A stretch of DNA of 64,000 bases, from assembly GCF_009914755.1 (NCBI RefSeq), contig NC_060939.1. One strand, 5' to 3'. The notes below the pieces were generated by a model. The model worked only from the letters and a program-made list of their open reading frames with translations, was not told where the DNA came from and made no database searches. Positions 60,871 through 64,000 of the stretch are shown piece after piece (within the stretch, counting starts at the first letter, position 1; each line of letters opens with the position of its first letter). A program made the translations under genes and the position numbers. The DNA comes from the human T2T-CHM13v2.0 reference genome, Homo sapiens.

Positions 60871-61490
60871 TTAGGTAAAAATAAAGGAGAAAATTAGGTT
60901 ATTTCAAAATAATTAAGTAAAAAGGCTGTATTCGTTTGCATTTACTTTCACAAAAGAAAGCAAAGCTGAGAGAGAAAATGACTGGGGAATTAGCCTAGTT
61001 TCTAATAGGATCTGAAATGCCTTCAGAAATGGGATGTCATGGATTTTTTTTTTTTTTTGGTCTACATGCTGTTCTGAATAACTACATTTCCAAATGGAAA
61101 GAAAGGAAAGGAACAAATTATTAATTTTATTCATAGGGTTATATAAAGTAATTATAATGATGATCTTTAACCCTGACTCTACTATCACTACTTTAAATAG
61201 TAAACAATATGTCTCAGTGAAGAGAGATATGAGAAGCATTTTATTTCATAGGGATGAAGATATCAAAAAAGATAAACTTTATTTTACTTTTTCCCCATTG
61301 GACTTGAACCTCTTGGATGAGGTGGCAGAGTGGTGGCAATCAGGTAGAAAGGAAGGGACAGGCAGGCAAACAGAATTTCAACCTTTCCACCTCATATTCA
61401 TGTAAGAGGCCAACTGACGTTGGCAGTCAATCACCTGATTTATTCCCACAGCTGATCTCTCAGAAGCTTTCATAGCAAAGAATAAACCTA

Positions 61491-61907
<417 letters not shown>

Positions 61908-61966
61908 TTAGAAAAAAATTAGAGAATATTTACTATGACATGAGACAGCCCAATAAAATATATTCT

Positions 61967-62255
61967 GGCTGGGTGTGGAGGTTCACGCCTCTAATGGTAG
62001 CACTTTGGGAGGATGAGGCGAGAGGATTGCTTGAGGCCAGGAGTTTGAGACCAAACTGGGTAACATAGTAAAATGTCACCTCTGCAAAAAAAAAAAAATA
62101 GCCAGGCATAGTGGTGTACACCTCTAGTTCCAGCTACTCAGGAGGCTGAAGTGGGAAAGCAGCTTGAGCCTAGGAGTTGGAGGCTGTGTGAGCTATGATC
62201 GTGTCACTGCACTCCAGCCTGGGTGACAGAGTGAGACTCTGTCTATAAAAAAATA
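61967..62255 (+). mobile_element. AluJ-like
   Basis: Diverged Alu consensus. Confidence 0.85.
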
Positions 62256-62506
62256 TATATTCCAACTAATAAAAGCTAAGAATGTGACTGAAATTAATGC
62301 ATTCTAGTTTAAAAAATAAAGAGATTTTAAAGACGGCATCTTAAAGTCAAGTAGTATTATGTCTACGTCCTATAGACCATTACTCTGTTGTAGCACAGAA
62401 CAGACCAAATAGTATTCTATTCTTCAGAAGTTTGCACCTCTAGCTTTATAGCATAAACACAGAGTCAACACTGATAAATCCTGAAATACAACCTTGACCT
62501 ACTAAC

Positions 62507-62561
62507 CTGGCACCACTCCATTAGTGGCAATGGCACTCATGGAGATAGCAGTCAACATTGT
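62507..62561 (-). CDS. SLC12A6: KCC3 exon 6
   Basis: TMLTAISMSAIATNGVVP; 55 nt. Confidence 0.97.
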
Positions 62562-63685
62562 CTGCAGAGAAAAGGAAAGGAGAGGATTGTTACTGTGTAA
62601 AGATGACATTTCTATACTACTTCTCCATTTGTGTTCCAAGAGCACTTGGCAAACATTTAACTCTACCTACTTTTATGGACAGTCATACCTAATGGTATGG
62701 AAATAAGATGATATGGTCCAATTCATTGCGCTAGTCATACCACTAATATCTGGAGGATTCTGTCAAAATGCTCCCACATCAGTAGGTCAGGTGCTATTAA
62801 GAACTGCTAATCTCACTCTGGATTTCCTAGTTACACAGGAAATAGAGCATAGTATACTCAAAAGGAAGAACTAGAGAAATAACTCAGAAAATAGGTTAGA
62901 ACCTGACTAAAGACTAAATACAATATCAAGAACAATGTTCAGTAAGAAAGGGAATCACTGAAGGCTTCTGAGCACACAGGAACTGCATTTTAAAAATATT
63001 ACCCGGTAGCACAGTATAGAATGTGCTGCAGACAGGAGTAGCTGGAGGCCGAGTGATTGGTTAGCAGGCTACCATAGTAGTTCAGTGAGAGGTAAAAACT
63101 ATAGTGGTGGTAGTGTGAATAAAAAGGGCTGAGTGTAAAAGATTTCAGAGAATAGATTAGCGTTGGTAGCTGATTAGATGTGAAAAGCAATTAAGAAGCC
63201 AAACACAGCCTTGAGGTTTTAAGCCTGAGACTAAAAAAAGGTGGTACCATGAACATTTTAAGTTATTAAAAATATGAACTGTGCCTGCTTAACCTGTTTT
63301 GCTCATCAGCTGGGGATAATATACAGGTAGGGTATAAAGGTCATAGTGATAAAAAAGGACAGTAGAAAACTATAAAATTCATAGGTGTGTCTGGGATACA
63401 TAATGAGAAGTTTAAATTAAAGGAAGATAAAAATGTTCTCAGTAGAGAGAAGACCTGGAAAGAACATCTAAATTTCTAAGGAAGGGATAAGGGAAGAAAC
63501 TTCAAAACCAAATAAAAAAACCAAATACCCCTCACATCTGCAATAACCTGTCTTGTTTCTCAATATATACTGGAGTGATACATCACATTTTCTAACACAT
63601 TTTCTGTCACAACTTTGGTGCTATCAAGCTCAAATAGTTTGGATTCTGAATTCTCTGAAGACAGGAACTTTATCTTCCATTTTCA

Positions 63686-64000
<315 letters not shown>

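Overview
Human (primate) genomic DNA, Alu-dense, recognisable as the 15q14 KATNBL1-EMC4-SLC12A6 locus. It contains: (1) a CpG-island promoter and non-coding first exon on the minus strand (~16199-16345), with positions 1-16198 as its first intron; this is assigned to KATNBL1 by synteny only. (2) The complete 5-exon EMC4/TMEM85 gene on the plus strand (CDS 31376-36048, 552 nt, 183 aa). (3) The last 21 coding exons of SLC12A6/KCC3 on the minus strand (64000 down to the stop at 40141; 947 codons plus stop, all exon phases consistent), with a ~3.9 kb 3'UTR whose end overlaps EMC4 tail-to-tail. The rest is Alu, L1, L2, MIR, LTR and DNA-transposon sequence; almost all ORFs in the supplied track are repeat-derived. 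I found no prokaryotic system, CRISPR array or new protein-coding gene. The most interesting signals concern RNA processing. SLC12A6 has two U12-type introns, and the last one carries a second perfect U12 branch site with an AG, an in-frame stop, a U2-like donor and an AATAAA within 80 nt of its donor. EMC4 exon 4 is flanked by inverted Alus and its skipping opens a second frame in exon 5. There are also inverted Alus in the SLC12A6 3'UTR, a near-spacerless inverted Alu fusion, a sense LTR12 in KATNBL1 intron 1, and an apparent fossil methylation boundary inside one Alu. Exon numbers follow recalled KCC3a convention; repeat boundaries and subfamilies are by eye and approximate.
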